A stretch of 62,539 nucleotides of DNA from a virus (lineage: Duplodnaviria; Heunggongvirae; Uroviricota; Caudoviricetes): positions 68,886 to 131,424 of the IMG/VR virus record IMGVR_UViG_3300032167_000057; one strand, 5' to 3'. This document shows, in pieces, positions 20,110-31,066 of the stretch. The notes below the pieces were generated by a model. That model made no database searches. It was not told where the DNA came from and saw only the letters and a program-made list of their open reading frames with translations. Each line of letters starts with the position of its first letter. Within the stretch, counting starts at the first letter, position 1. Both the position numbers and the translations under genes were made by a program.

Positions 20110-21801
20110 ATGAGTAAAAAGAAGAAAATAATGACCATTTCTGATTTATATAATTTTTGTGTAAAAAACAAATTTTATCATTTTAGTTCTATAGAAAATC
20201 AAGAAGAAATATGTGTAAGTTTACCTGCTTCATTTGAATCTGAAGAAAATGCAGATAAAGATAAAGAAGGCTTAATACCTTTTGTTGCAAAAGCTTATCA
20301 TGACCATATTAATCTTAACAAATCGGAAATTAAACCAGAAGTATTAGAATCCACTCTCCCATCAGCAATGTTACGTCCTATTCTTGCTAATATCGTTGTA
20401 AATGAAGAAACGGGTGAAAAAGATTTTGGTTCACATGATATGGAAATTGTTGAAGACCAAGATGGTAACACTACAATCAAATATATTGAGCAACCAGTCG
20501 GCGTTATTTTTGGAGAAAATTCGATTGAATATGATGCCGAAGATGATGTGAATCGAGCAATTTTACATGGTTTTCTTTTTAGTGGATATTGTCAGGACGC
20601 GGTAGATATTATGAATAGGCGACAAACTGTAGCTTGTAGTGTCGAGTTATGTGTTAGAGAAATGAGCTTTAACGCTGACGATAAAGTACTGACTTTAGAT
20701 GATTTTTATGTTTCAGGCTTAACTTTACTTGGAGAAAGTGTAAAAGAAGGTATGAAAGGAAGTCGTTTAACTATAAAAGACTTTTGTAAAAATCCACATA
20801 CTCAATTTACACAAGGTCAAGAACAATTAATAGAAATGTTAGAGCAGTTAAATGCAAAAATTGATAACTTATCTAACTTTACTATACAGGGGAATACCCA
20901 AACAAATAATAAGGAAGGAGGAATCCAAGCGGTGAAATTTAACGAATTACTTGAAAAATACGGTAAAACTGTTGAAGAAATCGACTTTGAATACGAAGGA
21001 TTGTCAGATGCAGAATTAGAAGCTAAATTTATCGAAAAATTTGGAGAATTGGAAGAAACCGATGGCCAATCTGATGATGAACCTGCTTCCGATGAAAATA
21101 ATACAGATAATACTGGTACTGAAGAAAACTTTGGTGCTGAAGATTCTAAAGCTGCAACACCAGAAAAATATTCAGTTACATTATCTGATGGTTCTGTAAA
21201 AGAATATGCTTTAACTTTAGATGATATTACCACTTCATTATGGAGTTTGGTAGATGTTACATACGCCCAACCTGAAGATACTTATTATTATGTTTCTGTT
21301 TTTGAAGACGGCACTTTAGTAATGCATGATTATTGGAGTGGTCGTTCATATAGACAGAATTATTCTCGTGAAGATAATAATTTCGCTTTAGTAGGTGAAC
21401 GAGTAGAAGTATATGCAAATTGGTTAACAAAGGAAGAGGAACAGGCATTAGAAACATTAAAGTCTGATTTTGCTCAGTTGACTTCTGAATTTGCAGAAAT
21501 TACAGAACGAATCAATAAATATGAAGCGGCAGAAAAAGAAGCAGATGAAGCTCGTAAAACAGATTTATTTGCAGACGAAGGCTACGCTTCTATTGCTGAT
21601 ACCGCCGAATTTAAACAATTAGAAAAAGACCGTGCTTCTTTCACTTCGACAGAATTAGAGGAAAGAATGAATGGTATTTTAGGTAAATATAGCAAGCTCG
21701 CATTTCATGCTCAAACCCCGACAACTAAACACGTTAGTGTTTATGGTGCGGCTACTCAGGCAGTAGATGACGAACCATATGGCGGTTTATTTAAAAAATA
21801 A
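20110..21801 (+). CDS. prohead protease/scaffold fusion
   Basis: Position between portal and capsid; CSVEL motif; acidic coiled-coil C-terminal half. Confidence 0.7.
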   Translation: MSKKKKIMTISDLYNFCVKNKFYHFSSIENQEEICVSLPASFESEENADKDKEGLIPFVAKAYHDHINLNKSEIKPEVLESTLPSAMLRPILANIVVNEETGEKDFGSHDMEIVEDQDGNTTIKYIEQPVGVIFGENSIEYDAEDDVNRAILHGFLFSGYCQDAVDIMNRRQTVACSVELCVREMSFNADDKVLTLDDFYVSGLTLLGESVKEGMKGSRLTIKDFCKNPHTQFTQGQEQLIEMLEQLNAKIDNLSNFTIQGNTQTNNKEGGIQAVKFNELLEKYGKTVEEIDFEYEGLSDAELEAKFIEKFGELEETDGQSDDEPASDENNTDNTGTEENFGAEDSKAATPEKYSVTLSDGSVKEYALTLDDITTSLWSLVDVTYAQPEDTYYYVSVFEDGTLVMHDYWSGRSYRQNYSREDNNFALVGERVEVYANWLTKEEEQALETLKSDFAQLTSEFAEITERINKYEAAEKEADEARKTDLFADEGYASIADTAEFKQLEKDRASFTSTELEERMNGILGKYSKLAFHAQTPTTKHVSVYGAATQAVDDEPYGGLFKK

Positions 21802-21818
21802 TAAATATACAGTTAATC

Positions 21819-21850
21819 AACCTCTGAATTTAATTCAGGGGTTTTTATTT
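21819..21850 (+). terminator. intrinsic terminator
   Basis: AACCTCTGAA-ttta-attcAGGGGTT then T-run. Confidence 0.65.
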
Positions 21851-21869
21851 TAATTAAGGAGGAAACACA

Positions 21870-22346
21870 ATGGCTGTTAATTTTTTACAATACACTAAAC
21901 ATGCTGTAGCTGGCAGTTCAAAATTATCTGCCACAACCGCTACAGGTGGTGCTGGTATTATTAACGTCAAGTTATCAGCAGACCGTGACAACGGAGTAAT
22001 TATTGGTAAGGGCGCTTATGTAGATATGGAATATTATGCAGAAGACGCTGCTACAACTTTCGAAGGAAAGATTCTTGATGTAGCTGCCAACGGTAATTAC
22101 TACGTAGAAGTTACAAATGCTGAAAATGCTTATCTTGTATTACAAGTTCCAATGATTTACGAAGCAATGACGACTCGTATGCAGGAAGAAAGCAATTTCT
22201 ATAATGCAAAAGATGATATCGTTAGATGTTATCCATTAGTAGCTGGTGATATCTTTGAACTTTCTGTAGAAGGTTTCAGCGGTGACCCAGTTAAAGGCGC
22301 TGAAGTAACTGTAGACCCTGCAACAAAACAGGTTGCAATTGCGTAA
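21870..22346 (+). CDS. head decoration or minor capsid protein
   Basis: 158 aa directly before major capsid gene; SD AAGGAGG. Confidence 0.6.
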   Translation: MAVNFLQYTKHAVAGSSKLSATTATGGAGIINVKLSADRDNGVIIGKGAYVDMEYYAEDAATTFEGKILDVAANGNYYVEVTNAENAYLVLQVPMIYEAMTTRMQEESNFYNAKDDIVRCYPLVAGDIFELSVEGFSGDPVKGAEVTVDPATKQVAIA

Positions 22347-22363
22347 GGAAGGAGGCTGGAATA

Positions 22364-22854
22364 ATGGCAACAGCAAATAAAGTATTTTTCGGATTAGACA
22401 ATGTTCAGGCTGTATTTTCTAAAGAAGATTGTTCTTACGCTTCTTTCTCAAAATTAATGTATGATACAGCTGTTGAAAAGTTCGAAGGTGGTATTACTAA
22501 AGAACAGGCTAACAAGAAAATTAGAGAGGTTATGTTTGAAATTATTGGTCTTCCACAGGACGCTTCAAACAGAGAAATTAAGAAAGCTCTCAAATCTACT
22601 GCTGTTAGAGAAGCTGTATTTGCAGTTATCGAAGAGACAGTTGAAGATTTGTTAGTAACAGGATGGGGTAATGACCCGTTCTTCAAACAGTTTGTTGAAT
22701 ATAAGTCAGTTGCTGACGGTGATACAAACGAATTCTATACAAAAGATGAAGTAATCTTAACTTTATCTGAACTTGCTGGTAACCATCATAACTTGATTAG
22801 ACAGAGATTGGGTGCTGGTAAGGCATTTAATGTTCATACTTCATGGTACGGGGT
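22364..22854 (+). CDS. major capsid protein, exon 1
   Basis: Position in head module; ends HTSWYG-GT at predicted splice site. Confidence 0.85.
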
Positions 22855-23254
22855 TAGAAATATAGCTCCCCTTGCAGTGTAAACTGCTTGGCAATAATTA
22901 ACGCATTGAAATGCTGGAAAACCCTAAAGGTAATTAAGCTACAACGTAATGGTGAAATAAACATAGGCGTGAATGCGGTGAAAACAGAAAAAATTAATTA
23001 CATGGGAACGAGGTGTAAACCCCTGTTCTTTTTTTAATGGGTAATCAGCAGGTAAGTTCCGAATAGGAAAAACCTCAACGACTATTCCTTTAAGGAAGTA
23101 GGGTCATAAGCGATTGATGACTCGAAGTGGTGCGCCCCTCAATCGAGGGTGAAGATATAGTCTAATCTTTAATGAAAATTAAAGGGTTTTAATAACCGAC
23201 ACGGAGTAGCGTCCGCAGATAATATTATATAAGTTATCGTGTTAAATAAAAATG
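22855..23254 (+). mobile_element. ORF-less group I intron (400 nt) in major capsid gene
   Basis: P1 GGGGU/GCUCC; AATGCTGGAAA, AATCAGCAGG, TCAACGACTA(23080) and AAGATATAGTCT(23158) core motifs; ends in G; joined frame SWYGV|KIYAEYELFMAGRVDW. Confidence 0.93.
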
Positions 23255-23879
23255 AAAAATCTACGCAGAATATGAACTCTTCATGGCTGGTCGTGTAGAC
23301 TGGGCAGAATTCGTTCAGAAAATCTATGAAGCATATGACAAGAAAGTAAATGACATGCTTTATGGTGCATTTACTAACATTGGTGATTCTTTACCAGCTG
23401 GTACACAGTGGGTTAAGACATCTCCATTGACAGCATCTACAAAAGATACATTTGATACATTGGTTGAAGATGTACAGATGGTTAATGGTTCTGATGTTGT
23501 TATCATGGGTACACGTTCAGCTTTAGCTAAGTTAAGTTCTTTAGATGAAATTGACTGGGTATCTGATGCTATGAAGCAGGAAAGATATACAACTGGCAGA
23601 CTTGGCTTCTATCAGGGTATTACATTATTCGAAATCCCTCAGGCTTTCGTTAAGAATGATACAACTCAGAAGCTCGTTGATAATACTAAGTTATATATCA
23701 TGCCAGTAGCTGATAACAAGTTTATCAAGATGTTCAACGAAGGTGAAACACAGATTAAAGAAGTATCTGATGGTAACACAAACGTTGATAAGACTATTGA
23801 ATACGAATTCCAGACCAAGATGGGTGTGGCTGCTGTAATCAATAGACTGTTCGGTATCTGGAATATCGAAACACCGTAA
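23255..23879 (+). CDS. major capsid protein, exon 2 (spliced product 371 aa)
   Basis: 491+625 nt = 372 codons in frame; HK97-like C-terminal half. Confidence 0.85.
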
Positions 23880-23977
23880 TTTTTTACAATTGAATAAATA
23901 ATTGATTAGGCATAAATATGGGGCTAGGGTTTTGTGCTCTAGCCCTACTATAAAAAAGGATATAAAGGAGACTAATA

Positions 23978-24562
23978 ATGGGAGAAACAAAACGACCAGT
24001 TAGAAAAATTACACCGAAAAAGAATACAAACACACAGGTTAAACAGACAGAGAATGTAGCTACAGTTAATTCTACTATACCTGCACAGCCAGTAACAGTA
24101 TCATATAATCCAGACGACACAATTTGGACAACTTCGGTCACTGCTGGCGAGTTAATTATGATTGGTAAGAAAACCAAAAATATTTATACATGGTCTAACT
24201 ATGGTGACCGTACTGAAATCGAATATCAGGACTTAGCTGCCGCTAAATCTAGTAAAAACTCTTATATTTTTGCTCCTCGTTTTATCATTGAAGACGAAGA
24301 TTTATTGAATTCTAAGGGATGGGAAAGTGTTAAAGAAGTATATGACAACTTCTCTTCCATTTCAGAAATTGAAAGCATTTTTGATTTAAACATTGGTGCT
24401 TTCAATCGTGCGATTCAGAATTTACCACAGGGTTTAGTGGGTACTGTAAAATCTATTGCGGCTGAAAAAATTAATAACCGTACATTAGATAGTATTAGTA
24501 AAATTGAAGTTTTAGACAGAGAATTAGGCACTGAGTTTAAATTATATATTGCTAATATGTAA
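23978..24562 (+). CDS. hypothetical head-associated protein
   Basis: ORF track; synteny after capsid gene. Confidence 0.7.
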   Translation: MGETKRPVRKITPKKNTNTQVKQTENVATVNSTIPAQPVTVSYNPDDTIWTTSVTAGELIMIGKKTKNIYTWSNYGDRTEIEYQDLAAAKSSKNSYIFAPRFIIEDEDLLNSKGWESVKEVYDNFSSISEIESIFDLNIGAFNRAIQNLPQGLVGTVKSIAAEKINNRTLDSISKIEVLDRELGTEFKLYIANM

Positions 24563-24585
24563 CATATCAATGGAGGGATAAGCGA

Positions 24586-25050
24586 ATGGCTTCAATTAGT
24601 TATAGTGATATTTATTCCAGTTTCCTATCAAAAGTTGAAGCTTATGATTTAACTGACATGGTTGAAGATAAAGCTTATTTAATGATGGAAGAATGGTTAA
24701 AGTCTATCAAATCAAACCCACGAGTGCGAAAAATGTTTAGTATGTTCACTTTTGATAATGAAATTCAAACATTAGAATTTAAATTAAATCACAGCCAAGG
24801 TGATGATGAAAGTGATACAGGGTATGTTATAGAATTACTTGGTTTTGGAATTGCTTGGCGTTGGGTAACTCCAAAATATTTATCTATTTTAAATACGGCG
24901 CAAATGTTAACAGGTAAGGAAGTTAAATTTTATTCACAGGCTAATCATATGGCCGAATTACAGAATATGTACAATCAAACCAAAACCGAATTTTATAATT
25001 TAATTAGAGATTATGGTGTGTTGTACAATGGTTATTTGAGTGAGAGTTAA
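24586..25050 (+). CDS. putative head-tail adaptor
   Basis: Position and size only. Confidence 0.5.
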   Translation: MASISYSDIYSSFLSKVEAYDLTDMVEDKAYLMMEEWLKSIKSNPRVRKMFSMFTFDNEIQTLEFKLNHSQGDDESDTGYVIELLGFGIAWRWVTPKYLSILNTAQMLTGKEVKFYSQANHMAELQNMYNQTKTEFYNLIRDYGVLYNGYLSES

Positions 25051-25389
25051 ATGCCAGAACAGACAAATTATCATTTTACTCCACGTCAATTAACAGAATA
25101 TAAGAAAAAATTACATTCTGCTATCCATAGACTTTTGGTAGACGTGGAAACAAATAATATACATGACTTACCTACCAGTTATAAAACTTTATTATTAAAA
25201 ATCGACTCACTTAATCAAATTTTGGGCGACCAAGATGCGATTATTTATCTATTTACTACTCTTCTAGCTGCCTATGAAGCAAGTAGAGATGTTGAAACAG
25301 AATTTGCTGTTTATAGAAAATTGATATTAGACGCTCATACTGCTTTGGATAATATTAATTTTCATATAGGAGAATTGTGTAATGATTAG
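25051..25389 (+). CDS. hypothetical protein
   Basis: ORF track; abuts neighbours. Confidence 0.7.
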   Translation: MPEQTNYHFTPRQLTEYKKKLHSAIHRLLVDVETNNIHDLPTSYKTLLLKIDSLNQILGDQDAIIYLFTTLLAAYEASRDVETEFAVYRKLILDAHTALDNINFHIGELCND

Positions 25390-26638
25390 TTTAAACACTT
25401 ATCGTCAAGTATTAACTCCTAATCCTTTAACCGTTGGCAATGCACATAGGGCGCAAGCTAATTTGGTTATGGAAAAAACATGGAATCGAGATTTACAAGC
25501 AAAGATTTGTTACATATACGACTATTTACATGATAGTGAACCAGACAAAAATTATCATTTACATCCAGAAAAAGATGAATTAAAAACTCCAATTGAAGCC
25601 AAATATGTAGTAAGTCAATATGGTTCTTTGTCTAAAGACCAAGTTGAATATCACATACAGTTTAGACCTTCTCAAGAATGTCCGATTGGATATTACTCAC
25701 AGACTTTTGAAAAAATGTATGGTGCTGAATTTCCTATAGGATTATATATTGATATTCCTGATGAAAAAGGAATTTATCGTCGTTGGATGATTTGTAGTCG
25801 AGACCATGATTTACAGTTTGTTAGTTACAGTGTATTACCATGTAATTATTATTTTCATTGGATTAATAATAATAAGAAATGCAAAATGTGGGGAATAGCC
25901 AGACTACGAAATTCGTATAATAGTGGACTTTGGGCAGAATATAGGACGACCTCTGTTGAAAACCAAGACCAAATTTGGCTACCGCAAAATCCATTATCTG
26001 ATACTCTTGAATATGTAGAAAACCAAATAAATCAACGTATTATTATTTCTGCCAGACGAACACAACCACTTGTTTGGAAAGTGTCAAAAGTGGAAAATTT
26101 ACATCCGTTGGGAATTAATAAAATCACTGTAATGCAAACTCAGTTTAATCAGCATACAGACTATGTTGTTCCCGTAGATGAGGCGGATAGTGTTTTTGAA
26201 ATGTATGCTGATTATTATTCATCTCCTATCTTACCAGATGAAGATGAAATAATTAATCCAACATCTGATTATTCAGAAATCGTTTCAATTACTAAACCTC
26301 CAACAATTTATATTGGCGGTGGCTATAAAACTTTCTCGGTGAATTTTTACAATGTAAATAACGAGTTAGTTAATAATGCTCATACAATGAGTAATTGTAA
26401 TTGGAAGTTATTAATGAAGGATGAGGACATATTACCAAACACTGATTTGGTAAATTGTGAACCAGTCCAGAACGATAATTATTATCAAATAAAAATTAAA
26501 TTTTACGGCAATAATAATCGTCCTGACGACTGTAAAGATATAAATTATAATGAATATCGCAATCAAGTATTAACATTAGAAGTCACAGATGATAATGGAG
26601 AATGTTTATCCTCCATTAATGTGGCATTAGTTCGTTAG
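25382..26638 (+). CDS. putative neck or head-closure protein
   Basis: Position in neck module. Confidence 0.5.
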   Translation: MISLNTYRQVLTPNPLTVGNAHRAQANLVMEKTWNRDLQAKICYIYDYLHDSEPDKNYHLHPEKDELKTPIEAKYVVSQYGSLSKDQVEYHIQFRPSQECPIGYYSQTFEKMYGAEFPIGLYIDIPDEKGIYRRWMICSRDHDLQFVSYSVLPCNYYFHWINNNKKCKMWGIARLRNSYNSGLWAEYRTTSVENQDQIWLPQNPLSDTLEYVENQINQRIIISARRTQPLVWKVSKVENLHPLGINKITVMQTQFNQHTDYVVPVDEADSVFEMYADYYSSPILPDEDEIINPTSDYSEIVSITKPPTIYIGGGYKTFSVNFYNVNNELVNNAHTMSNCNWKLLMKDEDILPNTDLVNCEPVQNDNYYQIKIKFYGNNNRPDDCKDINYNEYRNQVLTLEVTDDNGECLSSINVALVR

Positions 26639-26646
26639 GAGGGTAT

Positions 26647-27258
26647 ATGGCAAATACAAAAAATACTCCTAATAAGGCCTCTGTATTAGATTTTACAGAT
26701 TTAAAATGCGGAGAAAATGATAATATTCGTTTAAAAGAAATTGTACGTAGAATATTAACTGAAGACCAAGATATTTTATCTGTCTTACAGAATTTAGAAA
26801 TTGAAAAACAATGCGAATCATTAGGTTATTTAGACGGCGAGCTGTATTTTTATAAAAACATCTTGCCGTTTTATACATTAAATAACAGTATTGTAGATAA
26901 GCAAAATTATATTTGTTATACAACAGGTTTTTCAGAAATTCCTCGTTATAATAAAACTGATAAATATGGCTTATTAACTTTTTACATTTTATGTGATGTA
27001 GAAACGATTAATTATGAGGGTATGCCAAGACATGATGTGTTAGCACAATTAATATCCAATATTTTTAATTGGAGTCATGTATATGATACTCAGATGGTAT
27101 TAGTAGATGATGCCGAAAATACTGTAGATAACCGCTATGTAACACGTATTCTAACTTTTCAATTTACAAAACCAAATGGTATTATTCAGTCAAATAAGCA
27201 TGGTCAAGAAATTATTAATCGTGTAGTTAATAAAACAAAGGGGTTAGAACGTAAATAA
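26647..27258 (+). CDS. putative tail completion/terminator protein
   Basis: Position before tail tube gene. Confidence 0.45.
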   Translation: MANTKNTPNKASVLDFTDLKCGENDNIRLKEIVRRILTEDQDILSVLQNLEIEKQCESLGYLDGELYFYKNILPFYTLNNSIVDKQNYICYTTGFSEIPRYNKTDKYGLLTFYILCDVETINYEGMPRHDVLAQLISNIFNWSHVYDTQMVLVDDAENTVDNRYVTRILTFQFTKPNGIIQSNKHGQEIINRVVNKTKGLERK

Positions 27259-27259
27259 T

Positions 27260-28063
27260 ATGGCTGAAACCTATACTCCTCTATTTGAATTTGATGTTTT
27301 ACAAATGTATTTCGGAGATGACTATAAGATTAATGATAAAATAATTATTCATCAGCCTAGTATTCAAGAAATTGTAGATTGGGGTGAACATAGATATTAT
27401 TCAATGGTACATACTTTATGCTCTATTCCATCAGATGCTAAATCTGCACTTTATGACGACGGTATAGATTGGGAAGAAATCAGTGATTTTGAATATTTTA
27501 TCAAAGTCGCTCAAAACTATCAAAAGTCTGAAACATCAATTATTTTTGGCGAATTAGATTTTACATCTATGATTATTACTGTGGATTCTACAAATGGTCA
27601 ATTAATATTATATGATACAGTTAATGATATTAAGATTGATACATATATGTATCAAAAGATGATTGACTATGTTCGACAAATGCATCAAATAGTACCAAGT
27701 CCTGAAAAGGCCTTTAATAAACGTACAAAGCTGGCATTAATAGAGTTTGACCGCGCAGAAAAACGCAAAGCTTCGCAAGAAAAACGTAAATCAATTTTAC
27801 AACCATTGATTTCGGCCATGGTTAATAGTGCTGGTTTTAAATATAAATTAAACGAATTAAGAGAAATCAAAATTGTAGAATTTATGGATTCGGTAAAACG
27901 AATTCAAGTTATTAAGTCTGCCGACGCTCTCCTATCGGGAACATATAGTATGGTAGACACTAAGAAAATCAACAAAAAAGATTATGATTGGACACGAGAA
28001 CTTACATCTAGCGGAAACCGTGGAGAAAATCTACGTATTCCTAATAAGGAAAATAAAGCCTAA
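27260..28063 (+). CDS. hypothetical morphogenesis protein
   Basis: ORF track; operon context. Confidence 0.7.
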   Translation: MAETYTPLFEFDVLQMYFGDDYKINDKIIIHQPSIQEIVDWGEHRYYSMVHTLCSIPSDAKSALYDDGIDWEEISDFEYFIKVAQNYQKSETSIIFGELDFTSMIITVDSTNGQLILYDTVNDIKIDTYMYQKMIDYVRQMHQIVPSPEKAFNKRTKLALIEFDRAEKRKASQEKRKSILQPLISAMVNSAGFKYKLNELREIKIVEFMDSVKRIQVIKSADALLSGTYSMVDTKKINKKDYDWTRELTSSGNRGENLRIPNKENKA

Positions 28064-28071
28064 TCAATTAC

Positions 28072-28096
28072 GAACCTTTCTGTAGGTTCTTTTTTT
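28072..28096 (+). terminator. intrinsic terminator
   Basis: GAACCT-ttctgt-AGGTTC-T7. Confidence 0.7.
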
Positions 28097-28161
28097 ATGC
28101 CCAAAAATCTTTTTGTTATAGAAAATGCAACCCATTAATTATTAATTAAGGAGGAAATATA

Positions 28162-28196
28162 ATGGCACAGACAAAATTTGACATTAATAACTTCGT
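28162..28196 (+). CDS. major tail (tube) protein, 35-nt exon 1
   Basis: SD AAGGAGG then ATG GCA CAG ACA AAA TTT GAC ATT AAT AAC TTC GT (MAQTKFDINNFV). Confidence 0.8.
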
Positions 28197-28552
28197 TGAT
28201 TTGATGTAGTCATGCATCATCACAGCGCACCATGTTTGGAAACGGCATGGTGAAATGTTCCTTAATTGCTGGAAACCCCTTAGAGTCTCACAAACTACAA
28301 CGTAAGAATGAAATATATCTAAGCGTGAATGTTTGAAAATTGTGAGAATTGGGCAATCAGCAGCCAAGCCTCGAATAGAGGAAGGTTCGACGGTCAGATG
28401 TAGTGATTGTAGGATAAGTATCCGAAATGGGAACGACCTAAACCATTAAACATGGCATGGTAATGATATGACCTCGACTTATATGAAAGTATAAGAAAAC
28501 TGTATTTATACAGTCTTTATTAGCATAACGAACTAATAAAGTAAGATAATCG
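28197..28552 (+). mobile_element. ORF-less group I intron (356 nt) in tail tube gene
   Basis: AATTGCTGGAAA and AATCAGCAGCCAAG motifs; P7 GGTCA(28392)/TGACC(28469); ends in G; joined frame NNFV|IDHVLRGTMVST; P1 not cleanly resolved, so the 5' site is less certain. Confidence 0.88.
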
Positions 28553-29369
28553 AATTGACCACGTACTCAGAGGTACTATGGTATCTACTGCTGACAGTTC
28601 AGTATTATGGAGTTTAACACAGATTCAGTCTCCGTCTTTATCCATGACTTCAGAAACAGTAGATGCAACTGATGCTCTTGGTACAACAATTATGACTTTT
28701 GAAAGAGCCAAATCCGCTACTTTCTCTGGTGAAAATGCCATTTTAGACTTGGGCTTATTAGCTGCTCAGGCTGGTACAGTGAAAGAATATTCTGGTTCTG
28801 ATAATAAGATTTTAGCACCTATTTTCGATACAATTACTTTAACAGCACAGAACATTTCTGATGGTAAAGTTGAATTATCTAAGCTTCCTGTATCAGTACA
28901 GGCTGATGGTGCGGCTGCTAGTTCATTAACAGAAATCTTCAAGCTTTCTTCTGATAGCACATTAGGCCAGTCTTTCAAGGTTGGTACTGCTGCTTCTGAT
29001 ACAGAATTTGCTATTGCTGCTGACTCTAAGGAATTACAGTTGCCAACAGGTTTGGTTGCAGGTGACCAGATTTTTGCAATGTATGACTATGAAGCAGATG
29101 ACGCAGAAGGTAATGGTGCTGTACAGATTGTTAACAGTGCTTCTGAGTTCCCTAAGAATGGTAAGTTTATTCTTGAAGTATTGGGCGCAGATGTTTGCGA
29201 TTCCACAACTAAGGTTTATGCTTACTTAATCTTCCCGAACTGTAAGTTAAGCTCTGCTACAGATTTAACCCTTGAAACAGAAATGAGTCAGGGATTTGAA
29301 ATCGTGGCTAACCAGAGCTACTGCTCTAAGACAAACGAACTTTGGAGATTAGTAATCCCTGAAGCGTAA
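28553..29369 (+). CDS. major tail (tube) protein, exon 2 (spliced product 283 aa)
   Basis: 35+817 nt = 284 codons; Ala/Thr/Ser-rich beta protein between neck genes and TMP. Confidence 0.75.
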
Positions 29370-29411
29370 AACATATTTGAGGGTGGGTAACCACCCTCTT
29401 AGTAATAAAGG

Positions 29412-29762
29412 ATGGATTCTATGAATCAAGAATTAAATGCAATTTGTAAGGTGTGTGGAACTCCTTATCACAGATGTGATTCATGTGATGAGAAAAAAGG
29501 ATTAATTCATTATAAATATTTTGTTGACACACCTGAATGTTTTAAGATTTTTGCTACTATTACTTCTAAAGAATCAGATGAAGAAAAGCGTGCATATTTA
29601 TCAAGATGTGACCTGAAATCATATCCGCCTTTCTTGCCTGAAATTCAAGCAGAAATTAATAGATTGTTAAAACCAAAAAAGAAAGTGAAGTTAGATAAGG
29701 TAGAAAACCCTTTAGCTTCTGAATCTGAACCTCTTATTGTAATTGTAGAGGACGCAGAATGA
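29412..29762 (+). CDS. zinc-finger hypothetical protein
   Basis: CKVCG..YHRCDSC and ECF motifs. Confidence 0.75.
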   Translation: MDSMNQELNAICKVCGTPYHRCDSCDEKKGLIHYKYFVDTPECFKIFATITSKESDEEKRAYLSRCDLKSYPPFLPEIQAEINRLLKPKKKVKLDKVENPLASESEPLIVIVEDAE

Positions 29763-29839
29763 GCATGTAATTAAGGGTGTTATACAAAAATAGTTTTTGC
29801 GACACCCTTATTTTTTTTTCGGATATAAAGGAGATAATA

Positions 29840-30091
29840 ATGCAACTGAAAAGAATAAGAAGTAAAATTACTGGAATTGAATACGACCCAACTCCTAATA
29901 AGGAAGTGGTTTATGTTGGTAATATAGAACAATTTACTCGTTATATGGCAAATGGCGGAGATGATTATTTTATTGATATGTTCTTTGACCGTCATAACGG
30001 GAAAAATAAGATGACATTTGTATTTTTAAGAAATGAATATACTAAATTACTCTATGAAAGATGGAATAACTATATTCTACCCAAGGAGTAA
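29840..30091 (+). CDS. hypothetical protein (start revised from 29777)
   Basis: SD AAAGGAG before ATG 29840. Confidence 0.7.
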   Translation: MQLKRIRSKITGIEYDPTPNKEVVYVGNIEQFTRYMANGGDDYFIDMFFDRHNGKNKMTFVFLRNEYTKLLYERWNNYILPKE

Positions 30092-30112
30092 TTGTATAAA
30101 TAGAGGGTAAAT

Positions 30113-31066
30113 ATGGCTACAAGAAGTAAACGAATTACTATGTATGACGCGGAAAAATTAAAGTTAATTAATCCTGAGTCATTAAAAATGATTCATAAAT
30201 ATAAACAGGATATGAGTATCAGAGAACTCTCTCCTAAAACTGTATACAATTATTTAACTGATTTAAACCAATGGTTAATTTATGTATATGATAATCAGTT
30301 TAATCAGAGCGTATTAGAACTGAACGAGGATGACATTACAGAGTTTATCTATTGGTGCAAAATCCAAGGAAATAACACTGAACGTATTAAACGTAGAATG
30401 TCTTCTATTTCAGCGTTTTATATATATTTACATAAAAAACGCTTGATAAAGGAAAACCCGATGACTTTTATTGACCGCCCTAAAAAGGGAAGTCCAGTTG
30501 TCACACAAACGTTTTTAACACTAGAACAAGTTGAATTAATGAAACAAAAATTACAGGAGCATGGAGATTTGCAGTTGCAAACCTATGCTCTTTTTTCATT
30601 ATCTACTATGGCTCGTGTAAATGCTGTTGCTAATTTAAAATGGGAACAAGTAGATTTAGAACGTCGTACTTGTACTAATGTATTAGAAAAAGAAGGTAAA
30701 TTGGTTGATTTATTCTTTTCTGAAGAAGTGCGTGATTTATTAATTGCAATTAAGGAAAAACGTGCTAATGAAGGAATTGATGACCACGGATGGGTATTTA
30801 CTACTCCACAAGCAACTGCTACTACTCCTATTCAAAATAGTACATTGAACGAATGGTGTAAAAAGATTGGAGCAATGATTAATGTACCAACTTTACACTG
30901 TCACGATTTTAGGCATTCTGGTGCGACTTTGTTAAAGAATTTGGGTATGCCATTAGAAGACGTATCTGCTTTATTAAATCATAGTGGTACTGATGTCACT
31001 AGAAAATTTTATATCAAAGAAGATACGAGTCGTTTATCTGCCGCAAAAGACCGATTTAAAATTTAA
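30113..31066 (+). CDS. tyrosine recombinase/integrase within tail module
   Basis: ARVNAV (R), EKEGK (K), HDFRH, LNH, FY catalytic residues; N-terminal SAM-like domain. Confidence 0.92.
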   Translation: MATRSKRITMYDAEKLKLINPESLKMIHKYKQDMSIRELSPKTVYNYLTDLNQWLIYVYDNQFNQSVLELNEDDITEFIYWCKIQGNNTERIKRRMSSISAFYIYLHKKRLIKENPMTFIDRPKKGSPVVTQTFLTLEQVELMKQKLQEHGDLQLQTYALFSLSTMARVNAVANLKWEQVDLERRTCTNVLEKEGKLVDLFFSEEVRDLLIAIKEKRANEGIDDHGWVFTTPQATATTPIQNSTLNEWCKKIGAMINVPTLHCHDFRHSGATLLKNLGMPLEDVSALLNHSGTDVTRKFYIKEDTSRLSAAKDRFKI

